From an uncultured Acidobacteriota bacterium (GTDB lineage Bacteria > Acidobacteriota > Thermoanaerobaculia > Multivoradales > JAHEKO01): a DNA stretch of 64,000 bases. Shown one piece after another: positions 43,517 through 52,513 of the stretch. Numbering within the stretch: the first letter of the stretch is position 1; each line of letters starts with the position of its first letter. A program made the translations under genes and the position numbers. The stretch is taken from assembly GCA_963713825.1 (NCBI GenBank), contig CAVQNG010000003.1:768001-832000 (forward strand). Direction: 5' to 3'. A model generated the notes under the pieces. The model had not been told where the DNA came from, did no database searches, and saw only the letters and a program-made list of their open reading frames with translations.

Positions 43517-44800
43517 TCAAGAAAAGTGCTGGGCGATGCTGTGTAGGGTTCGATCGAGGTCGGAGTCCTCCGCGCGGAGCTTCTCGATTTTGTCCACGGA
43601 GTACATGACCGTCGAGTGATGCTTGTTATTGAAGTGCTTGCCGATATCCGGAAATGACAGATCCGTGAGCTGTTTGCACAGGTACATGGCGACCTGTCTC
43701 GGAAAGGCGATCTGCTTGGCGTTGTTGCGACTCTTGATCTCGCTCACCTTGAGACCGTAGTGACGAGCCACGAACTTGATGATCTCGGGCGCCAAGACGC
43801 GCTCGTAATCGGCTGGCAGGATGTCCCTCAGGGTTTCCTTGACGAGATCCAGGGAGAGGGGTTTGCCCGTCAGAGAAGAGAAAGCAACGACTCGGTTGAG
43901 CATGCCCTCGAGCTCCCTGATGTTGGACTTCACTTGTCTGGCGATGAAAAGCGCCACGTCATCCGAAAGAGCGATCCCTTCCTGGTCGGATTTTCGCCTG
44001 AGAATCGCGACTTTTGTCTCCAGATCCGGAGGTTGGATGTCGGCGATGAGGCCCCATTCGAAGCGACTCCTCAGGCGCTCCTCGAGGGCGGGGATATTTC
44101 GTGGCGAAGAGTCCGAAGACAGGACGATCTGCCGCTGGCTCGAGTAGAGGGTGTTGAAGGTGTGAAAGAACTCTTCCTGTGTGCGCTCTTTGTTGGCCAG
44201 AAACTGAATATCGTCGACCATGAAGACGTCGATGTTTCTGTACCTCTCCCGAAAATCGGGCATCCGATTGAAGCGTAGGGAGCTGATGAGCTCGTTGACG
44301 AACTGCTCGGCGGGCAGATACATCACCTGCAACTTGGGGTGCTTGCGGTGAATGGTGTGCCCAATAGCATGCAGCAGGTGAGTCTTTCCCAGTCCGACGC
44401 CTCCGTACAGGAACAGAGGGTTGTAACTGCGTGCAGGGTTCTCGGCGATGGCGCGAGCCGCCGCGTGGGCGAATTGGTTGGAGTTACCGACGACAAAGGA
44501 CTGGAATTGGTACCTGGGATTGAACTGTGAGCTCGCGATGTCGGTCTCGGTGGTGTCGCCCTCTCGGACCGTGAAGAGAACGCGGTAAGAGGGTCCCTCG
44601 AGGCTCGAGACGGCTTGCTCGATTGTCGTCCTGTAGCTTTCCTCCAGGGCGAAGAGAAACCGCCTGTTCGGCGCCACCAACTCGAGAGAGCTCTCCTTTT
44701 CGGAGTGGACCTGTAGGGGTGCAAACCAGGTCGAGAACTCCTCGGGGTCGAGCTCTTCCTTGAGCTTCGTTTGAAGACGCTGCCAAACAGATGGCGGCAT
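43517..44800 (-). CDS. dnaA: Chromosomal replication initiator DnaA
   Basis: YNPLFLYGGVGLGKTHL, DDIQF, RLRSRFEWGL, NIRELEG, HSTV. Confidence 0.98.
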   Translation of the reverse strand: MPPSVWQRLQTKLKEELDPEEFSTWFAPLQVHSEKESSLELVAPNRRFLFALEESYRTTIEQAVSSLEGPSYRVLFTVREGDTTETDIASSQFNPRYQFQSFVVGNSNQFAHAAARAIAENPARSYNPLFLYGGVGLGKTHLLHAIGHTIHRKHPKLQVMYLPAEQFVNELISSLRFNRMPDFRERYRNIDVFMVDDIQFLANKERTQEEFFHTFNTLYSSQRQIVLSSDSSPRNIPALEERLRSRFEWGLIADIQPPDLETKVAILRRKSDQEGIALSDDVALFIARQVKSNIRELEGMLNRVVAFSSLTGKPLSLDLVKETLRDILPADYERVLAPEIIKFVARHYGLKVSEIKSRNNAKQIAFPRQVAMYLCKQLTDLSFPDIGKHFNNKHHSTVMYSVDKIEKLRAEDSDLDRTLHSIAQHFS

Positions 44801-44831
44801 GTTTTACCCCCCAAAAACCCTCACGAGTTAG

Positions 44832-44852
44832 TTTTCCACAACCTGTGGAAAA
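44832..44852. promoter_or_regulatory. Inverted pair of DnaA boxes upstream of dnaA
   Basis: TTTTCCACA (44832-44840) and TGTGGAAAA (44844-44852) both match TTWTNCACA. Confidence 0.8.
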
Positions 44853-44955
44853 ACTGCGGATCGAAATTGCTGGAAGTGCCCAAAAAGACGGGTCGAAGCG
44901 CGCGGCATTTTAGCACAGCGGGAGTCTCGGACAAGGAGCCTGGCACAAGCGAGAT

Positions 44956-46674
44956 TCAGTCGAAATCAACAAGGAAATCCAACACCTCGGGCGGCAACTC
45001 GAGAGGCATTGGCGCTGATGGAAGGGACCGTAAAAGGAGACTCTCGGCAGGCGGGCGCCCCAGAAAAGGCTCGAGGTTCTGGCTCAGAAAGTCCATCAGG
45101 GAGGGTGGCCGAGGGTAGAAGTCGATCGCGGTCGCCTCTTCCGTCTCCAGCCCTGCTTGTTGGCGGGCCATCTCCAGCGCTACATCCAGCCCGCCCAACT
45201 GATCGACAAGACCGAGATCGAGGGCCTGTCTTCCGGTCCATATCCTCCCCTGCGCAACCGAGTCGACTTCCTCTCGGGTCATCTCCCGACCCTCGGCCAC
45301 GTGCCCCACGAAGGTGTCGTAGATGCGTAGCATCAGGCGCTCGTATTGCTCCGCTTGTTCAGGTGAGAAAGGGTCCAGGGTGGAGAAGAAATCGGCGTTC
45401 GCTCCCCGCGCCAGGGTGTCGTGGGTGATGCCCAGAAGCTCTTCTTGAAACTGGCGAAGAACGAACTTTCCCCCGACGACACCGATCGATCCGGTGATGG
45501 TCGCTGGCTCTGCCACGATTCCGGTAGCCTGGCTCGCAATGTAGTAACCGCCGGATGCGGCGACATCGGACATGGACACGACCACCGGCTTGCTCTCGGC
45601 GAGCCGGATGACCTCGCGCAGCATCAAGTCGGAAGCCAGGGCAGACCCACCCGGACTATCGACCCGCAGGACGACTGCGGAGACACCGGGATCGTCGGCC
45701 AACTCGCGAAGGATAGCCCCGAGCGACTCAGAGCCAGCAAAGCGCTGCTGTGACCAAGGATCGGTACCGTTCGAGCCCCGCACGATGGTGCCCTGGGTAA
45801 AGACGACGGCGACTCGCTCTCCGGCCAGGGGCCGACCCGTCGGTGCGTAGTCGGACAGCGGCACCATTCGGGGCTCCTCAGAGGAGAGCTCCAAAAGGCT
45901 GGCCTCGAACTCATCGGGGTAGCCGAGGCTATCCACGAGGCCGGCTTGCAGGGCCTCGTCTGCGGTCAGTGGGGCTTGGTCGATAAGGCCGCGGACCGCC
46001 TCCTCTGTGAGCTCTCGATCCGTCGCGATCGTGGTGACGATCTGTTCGAAAAGGTCGTCCAACACACTCGACAGCGCTTCTTCGGCAGCCGGTGAATGTT
46101 CTGTGTTGGTGAATTGCTCTGCAGCGCTCTTGTACTGCCCGGCGTGAGAGAACTCGGTCTCGATCTTCAGTTTGTCGAGCGTACCCCGTAGAAAGTAGGC
46201 GTCGGAGAACAATCCAACCAGGTTCACGTCGCCCATGGGAGCCAGGGTAATGTGGTCACAGACACTGACCAGGAAGTAGGCCAGGGTTCCGTTCGTGCCC
46301 TCGCCCGCGGTCTCCATGAAGCAATTGACGAATTTTCCGGATTCCTGAAAGCTCTGCAGCAACGTGCGGAGCTCCTGAGCCTTACCAAAGCCGAAGCGAG
46401 CATTCCTCAAGTAGACCGAGAGACCCAGGACCTCAGGGTCATTGCGCGCTCGAGCCAGCCCGGCCCAAACGTCGGCCAGGCTCTGGGGGGAACCCCGCCG
46501 GATCCAGGATACGGACGGGGCCTCCAGATAGTCGTGCACGGGGCGATCGAGTGTCAGGGTGACGATCTTCTCGCCTGGTAGCGTGGCGCCACCCCTGGAA
46601 AGAAGAATCCCCGCGGTGGCGACCACGACGGCCAAGACCAGCAGCACAAGAAAGATGACGAGGAGTCTTTTCAT
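44956..46674 (-). CDS. sppA: Signal peptide peptidase SppA (67K type)
   Basis: GQYKSAAE, RVDSPGGS, AASGGYY, TITGSIGV, GRIWTG. Confidence 0.92.
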   Translation of the reverse strand: MKRLLVIFLVLLVLAVVVATAGILLSRGGATLPGEKIVTLTLDRPVHDYLEAPSVSWIRRGSPQSLADVWAGLARARNDPEVLGLSVYLRNARFGFGKAQELRTLLQSFQESGKFVNCFMETAGEGTNGTLAYFLVSVCDHITLAPMGDVNLVGLFSDAYFLRGTLDKLKIETEFSHAGQYKSAAEQFTNTEHSPAAEEALSSVLDDLFEQIVTTIATDRELTEEAVRGLIDQAPLTADEALQAGLVDSLGYPDEFEASLLELSSEEPRMVPLSDYAPTGRPLAGERVAVVFTQGTIVRGSNGTDPWSQQRFAGSESLGAILRELADDPGVSAVVLRVDSPGGSALASDLMLREVIRLAESKPVVVSMSDVAASGGYYIASQATGIVAEPATITGSIGVVGGKFVLRQFQEELLGITHDTLARGANADFFSTLDPFSPEQAEQYERLMLRIYDTFVGHVAEGREMTREEVDSVAQGRIWTGRQALDLGLVDQLGGLDVALEMARQQAGLETEEATAIDFYPRPPSLMDFLSQNLEPFLGRPPAESLLLRSLPSAPMPLELPPEVLDFLVDFD

Positions 46675-47052
46675 GATGTCCGCGTCGTGAACTGTCCCAG
46701 AAACAGTGAGAGAAGTCCAGATTTCCACCGCTCGCTCGAGGCCCAGCCGAGAGGGCACGAGATTTGCTTGTGAAACTTGTAACAAGGCTTTCGGGGAGGT
46801 TTCCCTACATCAACTATCCCACCCCCATGGTCGAATTCGAAAGAGATCGACACATATCAAACAAGCCCGCCAAAGTCCCCTAGATAAACAGGGGTAACAC
46901 CACAAACACCCACCAACGACGAAACCTCCCCCGCAAGCCCTTCCCCCGAAGGGCGCGCCGGGAAGAGACCGGTAGTATGGGAGATGAATGGGGCCACGCT
47001 GCCGCCAAAATGGCGCAGTGCGGCAATTTTGGCAGGCGTGGCGCCGGAATCG

Positions 47053-48117
47053 ATGTCAGAAATGGCGGCTCGGGAAGACAGGGAGCAAGGTCGGAAGCTG
47101 CTGGAGTGGTTCGATGCCCAGCAAAGAGATTTGCCATGGCGCAAGTCGAGAGACCCTTATCCGGTCTGGGTTTCCGAAGTCATGCTGCAGCAGACCCGGG
47201 TGGAAGCGGCGCGACCCTACTTCGATCGATTTCTCGAGGCATTCCCGTCAGTCGAGGCCCTCGCAGCAGCTTCCGAGGAGTCGGTTCTGAGCCTGTGGTC
47301 GGGACTGGGGTACTACCAGCGGGCTCGACGCCTTCATGCCGCCGCCCGCCAGATTGTCGCCAACAAGGGTGAGTTTCCGACCACCACCGAGGGCTGGCTT
47401 CAGCTGCCTGGTGTTGGGCGCTATACCGCCGCAGCCGTTGCAAGCATCGTCTTCGGAGCTCGGGAGCCGGCTATCGACGGCAATGTCATGCGAGTCGTTG
47501 CCAGATTGCTGGTCCTCGAGGAGGATCCTAAGAAGAATGCGGGATTCCAGGCGATAGAGACCAAGGCGCGGGATCTTCTGGACTCCGAACGACCCGGTGA
47601 CAGCAACCAGGCGATCATGGAGATCGGTGCGACGATCTGCCGACCTCGCAAGCCCCTGTGTTCGACATGTCCCTTGGAAGAAGGATGTCTGGCAACTGCC
47701 ACTGGAGAGCCGGACCGATACCCACTGGCGGGACGCAAGGCACCGGTTTTGAGACACCATCGAAGGCTGGCCGTGGTCGAACACGGGGACCGGTTGCTTC
47801 TGTTTCGGCGCCCACCGGAGAGCAAACGTCTGGCCGGCCTTTGGGAGTTTCCCTGGATCGAGGGCTGCTCCGAAGATGACTCGGATGCGGCGTTCGCGCG
47901 TCGCTACGGCGGCAGGTGGGAAGTCGGGCCCCAGAAAGGCCGAGTCAACCATTCCGTCACCAACCGGTCGTTCCAGATCGATGTCGTCCAGGCGAGCCTG
48001 AGTGCAGATGAGGCGGTGGCGGAGGGTCCAGAAGCGGGTTGGTTTTGTCGCTCCGAGTTGGCGGCCGTCCCCGTGACGGGCCTGGTTGGCAAGGTGCTGG
48101 GAGTGCTCGACGCCTAA
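47053..48117 (+). CDS. mutY: A/G-specific adenine glycosylase
   Basis: RDLPWR, VSEVMLQQT, WSGLGYY, LPGVGRYTA, DGNV, CxxxxPxCxxCP FeS motif; start uncertain. Confidence 0.93.
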   Translation: MSEMAAREDREQGRKLLEWFDAQQRDLPWRKSRDPYPVWVSEVMLQQTRVEAARPYFDRFLEAFPSVEALAAASEESVLSLWSGLGYYQRARRLHAAARQIVANKGEFPTTTEGWLQLPGVGRYTAAAVASIVFGAREPAIDGNVMRVVARLLVLEEDPKKNAGFQAIETKARDLLDSERPGDSNQAIMEIGATICRPRKPLCSTCPLEEGCLATATGEPDRYPLAGRKAPVLRHHRRLAVVEHGDRLLLFRRPPESKRLAGLWEFPWIEGCSEDDSDAAFARRYGGRWEVGPQKGRVNHSVTNRSFQIDVVQASLSADEAVAEGPEAGWFCRSELAAVPVTGLVGKVLGVLDA

Positions 48118-49166
48118 CCCGCGTGGCCGGCCGACAGGAGAAACCACCCCACGAGCTTGTCGTCACTCTCCAGGAGTCGCCGAGAGGCCATGTTGCAGAG
48201 CAGGGTGAGCAAGCGGGTGGAGGAAGCCTTCTGGACATCGAGAATGCCCTCCGCGACATTGCGAGCAATGGCGAGAACCACGGCACCGGAAGTGTGAGCA
48301 CGGGCGCTGGCGGAGCGAGGAACATGGTCCATGACGGCCATCTCGCCGAAGTACTCGCCACGGCCCAGAAAAGCCAAGCCCTCATCGCCCCCGCCCGGGA
48401 TGAACTTGCTGATCAGGACCGTGCCATCGAGCACGACGTACATGGCTTCCCCGCTCTCGCCTTCATGGAAGATCGCTTCGTTGGGGCCGTAGCTCTCCTC
48501 GCGCGACAGCGAGGCCAGAAAATTGATCTCCATCGGAGTCAAGTGCTGCTCGTCGAACAAGTCACGCTTGGCCGCCATGTCGATCCTAAAGCTCCCTTGC
48601 CGAGGAGGTTTCCTCTCGGTGGGCTCTTCGTCGCGGCTCGCTGCATCATCGGAGGCGAAGAACTCAGCCAACTTCTGATTCGAAAGGCGCAGCTTCAAGG
48701 AGAGGCCCTTCCAGAGTACCCAGGACAGGGCCATCTCGAACGATGGCCGAGTTTCGGCGGCGGCGCGAAGGCTAGTCAGGTCGAGCGCCACCAACTCGAC
48801 TCGCGTTTCGGCCATGGCACCGAGAGTGCGCTCTTCCGATCGCAACAGGAACCGCTCATCGAAGAGGTCCCCCCGGTTCATTGTTGTCAGAGTGAAGGGT
48901 CCGAGCTGGGTGTCCCTCTGCAGTCGGACAGCGCCTTTGACAATGACGTACAGGGACTCGGCAAGGCTACCCTGGCCAAAGATCTCCTCGCCTGCCTGAT
49001 AGCGCAGAATAGTTCCACAAGACGCCAATTGCTTCAGCAGTGCGTCGTCGAACGGCTCCAGAATCTCGCAGTGTCGGAGTTTCTTCGCAATGCTCAAGAT
49101 GAGCCCTATCTTAACTCGTGCGAACCATGCGCCCTGCTGTTTTTGGACCCCGCGCATGGCGGGCAC
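48114..49166 (-). CDS. Tandem cyclic nucleotide-binding domain protein
   Basis: Two CNB domains (IFGQG..LYVIVKG; IFHEGE..GEYFGEMA..PRSASA) and no HTH. The real start may be TTG at 49097. Confidence 0.8.
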   Translation of the reverse strand: MPAMRGVQKQQGAWFARVKIGLILSIAKKLRHCEILEPFDDALLKQLASCGTILRYQAGEEIFGQGSLAESLYVIVKGAVRLQRDTQLGPFTLTTMNRGDLFDERFLLRSEERTLGAMAETRVELVALDLTSLRAAAETRPSFEMALSWVLWKGLSLKLRLSNQKLAEFFASDDAASRDEEPTERKPPRQGSFRIDMAAKRDLFDEQHLTPMEINFLASLSREESYGPNEAIFHEGESGEAMYVVLDGTVLISKFIPGGGDEGLAFLGRGEYFGEMAVMDHVPRSASARAHTSGAVVLAIARNVAEGILDVQKASSTRLLTLLCNMASRRLLESDDKLVGWFLLSAGHAG

Positions 49167-49173
49167 CAGGGGC

Positions 49174-49743
49174 TCAAAGCAGCTGCAGTTGCGGTGGGCG
49201 GAGCACTTCGGCCACTCGCTTCTCTGCTAGTTCCAACCAGTCGTCACGCACCGTGGCGTCCAAGCCGTAGACCTCGAGGCCGCGCCGCGCGATCTCGAGT
49301 CTGAGCCGGTCCTCTACGGCAGCCTGGAAGGTCGGGTCAGTGGCCCGCAGGCCGTCCGCGCTCGGAGCTTCCACGACCGGTACATGGAGGAGGAGGTCGT
49401 AAGTGGCCATCCAGCTCTCCACCAGGCCCGCGAGGGTGGGCTGGGGCCCGGCCGCAAGGAGCAGGTAGACGTAGTTGTCGAGCACGCTACGATCACAGAG
49501 CACGACGTCATACTCGGATTGGGCAGCCAGCTCCTCGGCGATCTGGGTGTGGAGGATCCATGACTGAGCCGGCAGGTTGGTGTCCTGGTTGATGGGCAGC
49601 GGGCATCGCCGCGCCACTTCCCGAACCATCTCGAGGTGGATGTCCCGTGCCTTGAGACGGGCGGCGAGGCCGTAGCACAGAGTGGTTTTGCCGACCCCGT
49701 GACTGCCGATAAAGGCGAGTTTGAAACTGCGGTCTCGTGCCAT
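49174..49743 (-). CDS. NadR/AAA_28-like P-loop nucleotide kinase
   Basis: GSHGVGKTT, EVAR, CDRSVLD, DGLR; start placed at MARDR. Confidence 0.78.
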   Translation of the reverse strand: MARDRSFKLAFIGSHGVGKTTLCYGLAARLKARDIHLEMVREVARRCPLPINQDTNLPAQSWILHTQIAEELAAQSEYDVVLCDRSVLDNYVYLLLAAGPQPTLAGLVESWMATYDLLLHVPVVEAPSADGLRATDPTFQAAVEDRLRLEIARRGLEVYGLDATVRDDWLELAEKRVAEVLRPPQLQLL

Positions 49744-49786
49744 CGCTTGGGGCATTCTAGCTGGCCCCGTTCGGTCTGGGTCGTGT

Positions 49787-50257
49787 TCAGTCGCTCTGCC
49801 TGGGCAGATGGAGGGAGCGATTGCCGTCGGTGTCGTAGAAGCTGAGACTTCCCGACCCATCATAGTAGAGGGCTGCGGCACCCTTGGAGTCCGGCCCGTG
49901 GAGAGCGAAGCCACCGCCGCCATGCTCGAAGTGAGCCGCACCGAGCCGAATGACGCCCTTTTGGTCGCGAATAAAGAGCGCGGTTCCCCCGGCATCGTGG
50001 TTGAGTGACAACCGGTCCCGCCCGGCGGCATCCAATAGAGAGAAGACAGGAGCACCATCTTGCAGGGAAAGCTCACCCCGAACGCGCCCCTCGGAATCCA
50101 CCAATTCGAAGCGGTTGGCGCGAACCACTTGGTTCTCGGCCGGCGGAGAGGCTGCCGCCCCGAGGAGGGCGAGACTTGTCACGACAAGCAGGGCACCGAC
50201 GAGAAGGCGAGTTCGCTTCTCAAGTGCTTCGATTCGAGATTCGAGATCGTTTCGCAT
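49787..50257 (-). CDS. Hypothetical membrane-anchored protein
   Basis: N-terminal coiled coil, one hydrophobic segment, then repeated beta-hairpin-like units; co-oriented with the neighbouring genes. Confidence 0.6.
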   Translation of the reverse strand: MRNDLESRIEALEKRTRLLVGALLVVTSLALLGAAASPPAENQVVRANRFELVDSEGRVRGELSLQDGAPVFSLLDAAGRDRLSLNHDAGGTALFIRDQKGVIRLGAAHFEHGGGGFALHGPDSKGAAALYYDGSGSLSFYDTDGNRSLHLPRQSD

Positions 50258-50293
50258 GGTTCCTCCAGCCAAGAATCTTTGGAACAGTCGACC

Positions 50294-51580
50294 CTAGATA
50301 GCCGGTAGGTGAGTCTCGATGGAATCCAGGGCGAAAGCGAGTTGGCGGTGCGTGACAACGAGGGGAGGGCAGATCTGGACTACACAACCCTCGGGACCAC
50401 CGGCCAGGGCGAGAAGGCCATCACCCAGCATCCGACCGAGGAGCGCTCGGGCGGCTCCTGGGGAAGCCATTTCGACTCCCCACGCCAGGCCCATGCCACG
50501 GGTCTCGACGACCAACGGAGAAAGTCCTGGCCAGTTCTTGGTTCTCGTGGCGATGATACGTCCGAGACTTGCGGCTCTCGCCGGCAGGTCTTGTCGCTCG
50601 AGAATCTCCAACACGGCCAAACTGGAGGCGCAGGAAAGTGGGTTAGCGACAAAGGTCGCTGTGTGCAGGGCTTCAGGGCTTCCCTGCCAGGCATCCATCA
50701 AGGCCTCGCGGCCTAGGACCGCGCCGATGGGAAGACCACCGGCCAGAGCCTTGCCGCAGCAGAGCAGGTCGGGCCGCACTCCCTCGGCTTCGACGGCGAA
50801 CCAGGCACCGGTGCGCCCGAAACCGGTAAAGATCTCGTCAGCGATGAACACAACACCGCGGCGTCGGCAGAGATCGGAGAGCTCGCGAATCCAGTCGGTT
50901 GGCGCCGGAAGGACACCCTCGCGCCCCACCATCGGCTCGAGGAGCACGCTACCGAGGTCGGGATCACCCTCGACGAGCTCTACGACCTTCTCTATGGGAC
51001 AGCCGAACGGCAGGCGCTGAACCCAGGGATGGAACAAGAGCCGAAAGGGCTCCCGAAACTCCGGGCGCGAGGTGACCTGGAGAGAGCCGAGGGTCAGTCC
51101 GTGGTATGCCGGGTCGAAGGCCAGGATCCCCGGCTTTCCCGTCGCGAGACAGGCCGTCTTGAGTGCAATCTCCACAGCGTCGGACCCGGAGGCTGCGAAG
51201 TAGACACGCGGGTTCTCGACCGGGGCTCGTCGACAGAGCTCGCGTGCCAACCGCACCCGAGAGGGGTGAGCGTGAACGTCGCCGAGGCCGTGAATTAGTC
51301 TCGAGGCCTGTTGACGAATCGCGGCCAGAACCTGGGGGTGTCGATGGCCCACGGCCGCGACGCCGAAACCGGCGGTCAGGTCGAGAAAGCGGTTGCCATC
51401 CACGTCGAGCACATTGGAGCCCAGCGCCTCTTCCCAAACCAAGGTGTCTTCGCCCGAGCCGAGGGTATTGATCCCAGGGGCCTCGAAGTCGCTGAGATCG
51501 CGACACAGCTGTTGTGACCGCGGCCCCGGAGGAGCGACTTCGATCTTGGGTAGCAGCTCTCCGGAGGACAGACTGGGCAT
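50294..51580 (-). CDS. Class III PLP aminotransferase (GabT-like)
   Basis: DVDGNRFLD, SGSDAVE, YHG, ADEIFTGFGRTG, GKALAGG. Confidence 0.88.
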   Translation of the reverse strand: MPSLSSGELLPKIEVAPPGPRSQQLCRDLSDFEAPGINTLGSGEDTLVWEEALGSNVLDVDGNRFLDLTAGFGVAAVGHRHPQVLAAIRQQASRLIHGLGDVHAHPSRVRLARELCRRAPVENPRVYFAASGSDAVEIALKTACLATGKPGILAFDPAYHGLTLGSLQVTSRPEFREPFRLLFHPWVQRLPFGCPIEKVVELVEGDPDLGSVLLEPMVGREGVLPAPTDWIRELSDLCRRRGVVFIADEIFTGFGRTGAWFAVEAEGVRPDLLCCGKALAGGLPIGAVLGREALMDAWQGSPEALHTATFVANPLSCASSLAVLEILERQDLPARAASLGRIIATRTKNWPGLSPLVVETRGMGLAWGVEMASPGAARALLGRMLGDGLLALAGGPEGCVVQICPPLVVTHRQLAFALDSIETHLPAI

Positions 51581-51597
51581 GGGCAGGGTCGAGCCCG

Positions 51598-52182
51598 TCA
51601 GATCGCCCGCCTACCGGTCAGGGATCGGGCGAGCGTCACCTCGTCGGTGTACTCGATGTCGCCGCCGACCGGCATGCCGAACGCGAGGCGGGTGACTTCA
51701 ATGCTACGAGGCTTGAGCAGACGCGCGAGGTAGAGGGCGGTGGCCTCTCCTTCGACATCGGGGTTGGTGGCCAGGATGACCTCGTCGATGCCCTCGAGAC
51801 GCTCGAGGAGCCCGGCAATGCGGAGCTGCTCCGGGCCAATCCCGCGTTGGGGAGAGAGAGCCCCCATGAGAACGTGATAGCGGCCATGATACTCGCGGGT
51901 CCTCTCGATGGGCTGGATGTTGAACGGCTCCTCGACGACGCAGATACGAGTCGCATCTCGCTGCTCATCCGTGCAGATTCTGCAGGGATCGATATCCGTG
52001 ATCGCGTTGCAACGGGAACAGTGAAACAGTTTGTCCTTGACCTCGAGGATCGACTCCGCCAGCACCGCGGCGTCGGCTTTGGAGACCTTGAGGAGGTGAT
52101 GCGCCAAGCGGGTGGCGGTCTTTGGGCCGATTCCGGGCAGGCGAGAGAGCTCTCCAACGAGCCGCGACAGAGGGTCAGGCAT
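51598..52182 (-). CDS. recR: Recombination mediator RecR
   Basis: LPGIGPKTA, C4 zinc finger, EVILATNPDVEGEATA. Confidence 0.95.
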   Translation of the reverse strand: MPDPLSRLVGELSRLPGIGPKTATRLAHHLLKVSKADAAVLAESILEVKDKLFHCSRCNAITDIDPCRICTDEQRDATRICVVEEPFNIQPIERTREYHGRYHVLMGALSPQRGIGPEQLRIAGLLERLEGIDEVILATNPDVEGEATALYLARLLKPRSIEVTRLAFGMPVGGDIEYTDEVTLARSLTGRRAI

Positions 52183-52198
52183 CCGCGGAGCGCTCCCC

Positions 52199-52492
52199 TT
52201 AGAAGAGACCGCCCATACCGCCGGCCATGCCGCCAAGCTTCTGCTGAAGCTCTTCGTCCACTTTGCGACCGGCCTCGTTGACGGCCGCCACCAGGAGATC
52301 CTGCAGCATGCCGGGATCCTCCGGGTCGAGGACCTCGGGGTCGATCTGAGCGCCAACGAGCTGCTTGTGGCCGTTCATCGTGACGGTGACCATGCCTCCC
52401 CCGACACTGGCTTCAACGGTCAACGCACCCTGCTCCTCCTGGAGCTTCTCCTGCATTTGCTGCGCCTGCTTCATGAGTTTCTGGATGTTCAT
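52199..52492 (-). CDS. ybaB: YbaB/EbfC nucleoid-associated protein
   Basis: MKQAQQMQ, GGGMVTV, LQDLLVAAVNEA; lies between dnaX and recR. Confidence 0.93.
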   Translation of the reverse strand: MNIQKLMKQAQQMQEKLQEEQGALTVEASVGGGMVTVTMNGHKQLVGAQIDPEVLDPEDPGMLQDLLVAAVNEAGRKVDEELQQKLGGMAGGMGGLF

Positions 52493-52513
52493 GGGCTCGT
52501 CCTCAATGGGGTC

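Noticed and set aside
46675-47052. Possible ncRNA between sppA and mutY
   Set aside because: C/A-rich with no convincing stem or known motif; best explained as a divergent promoter region.
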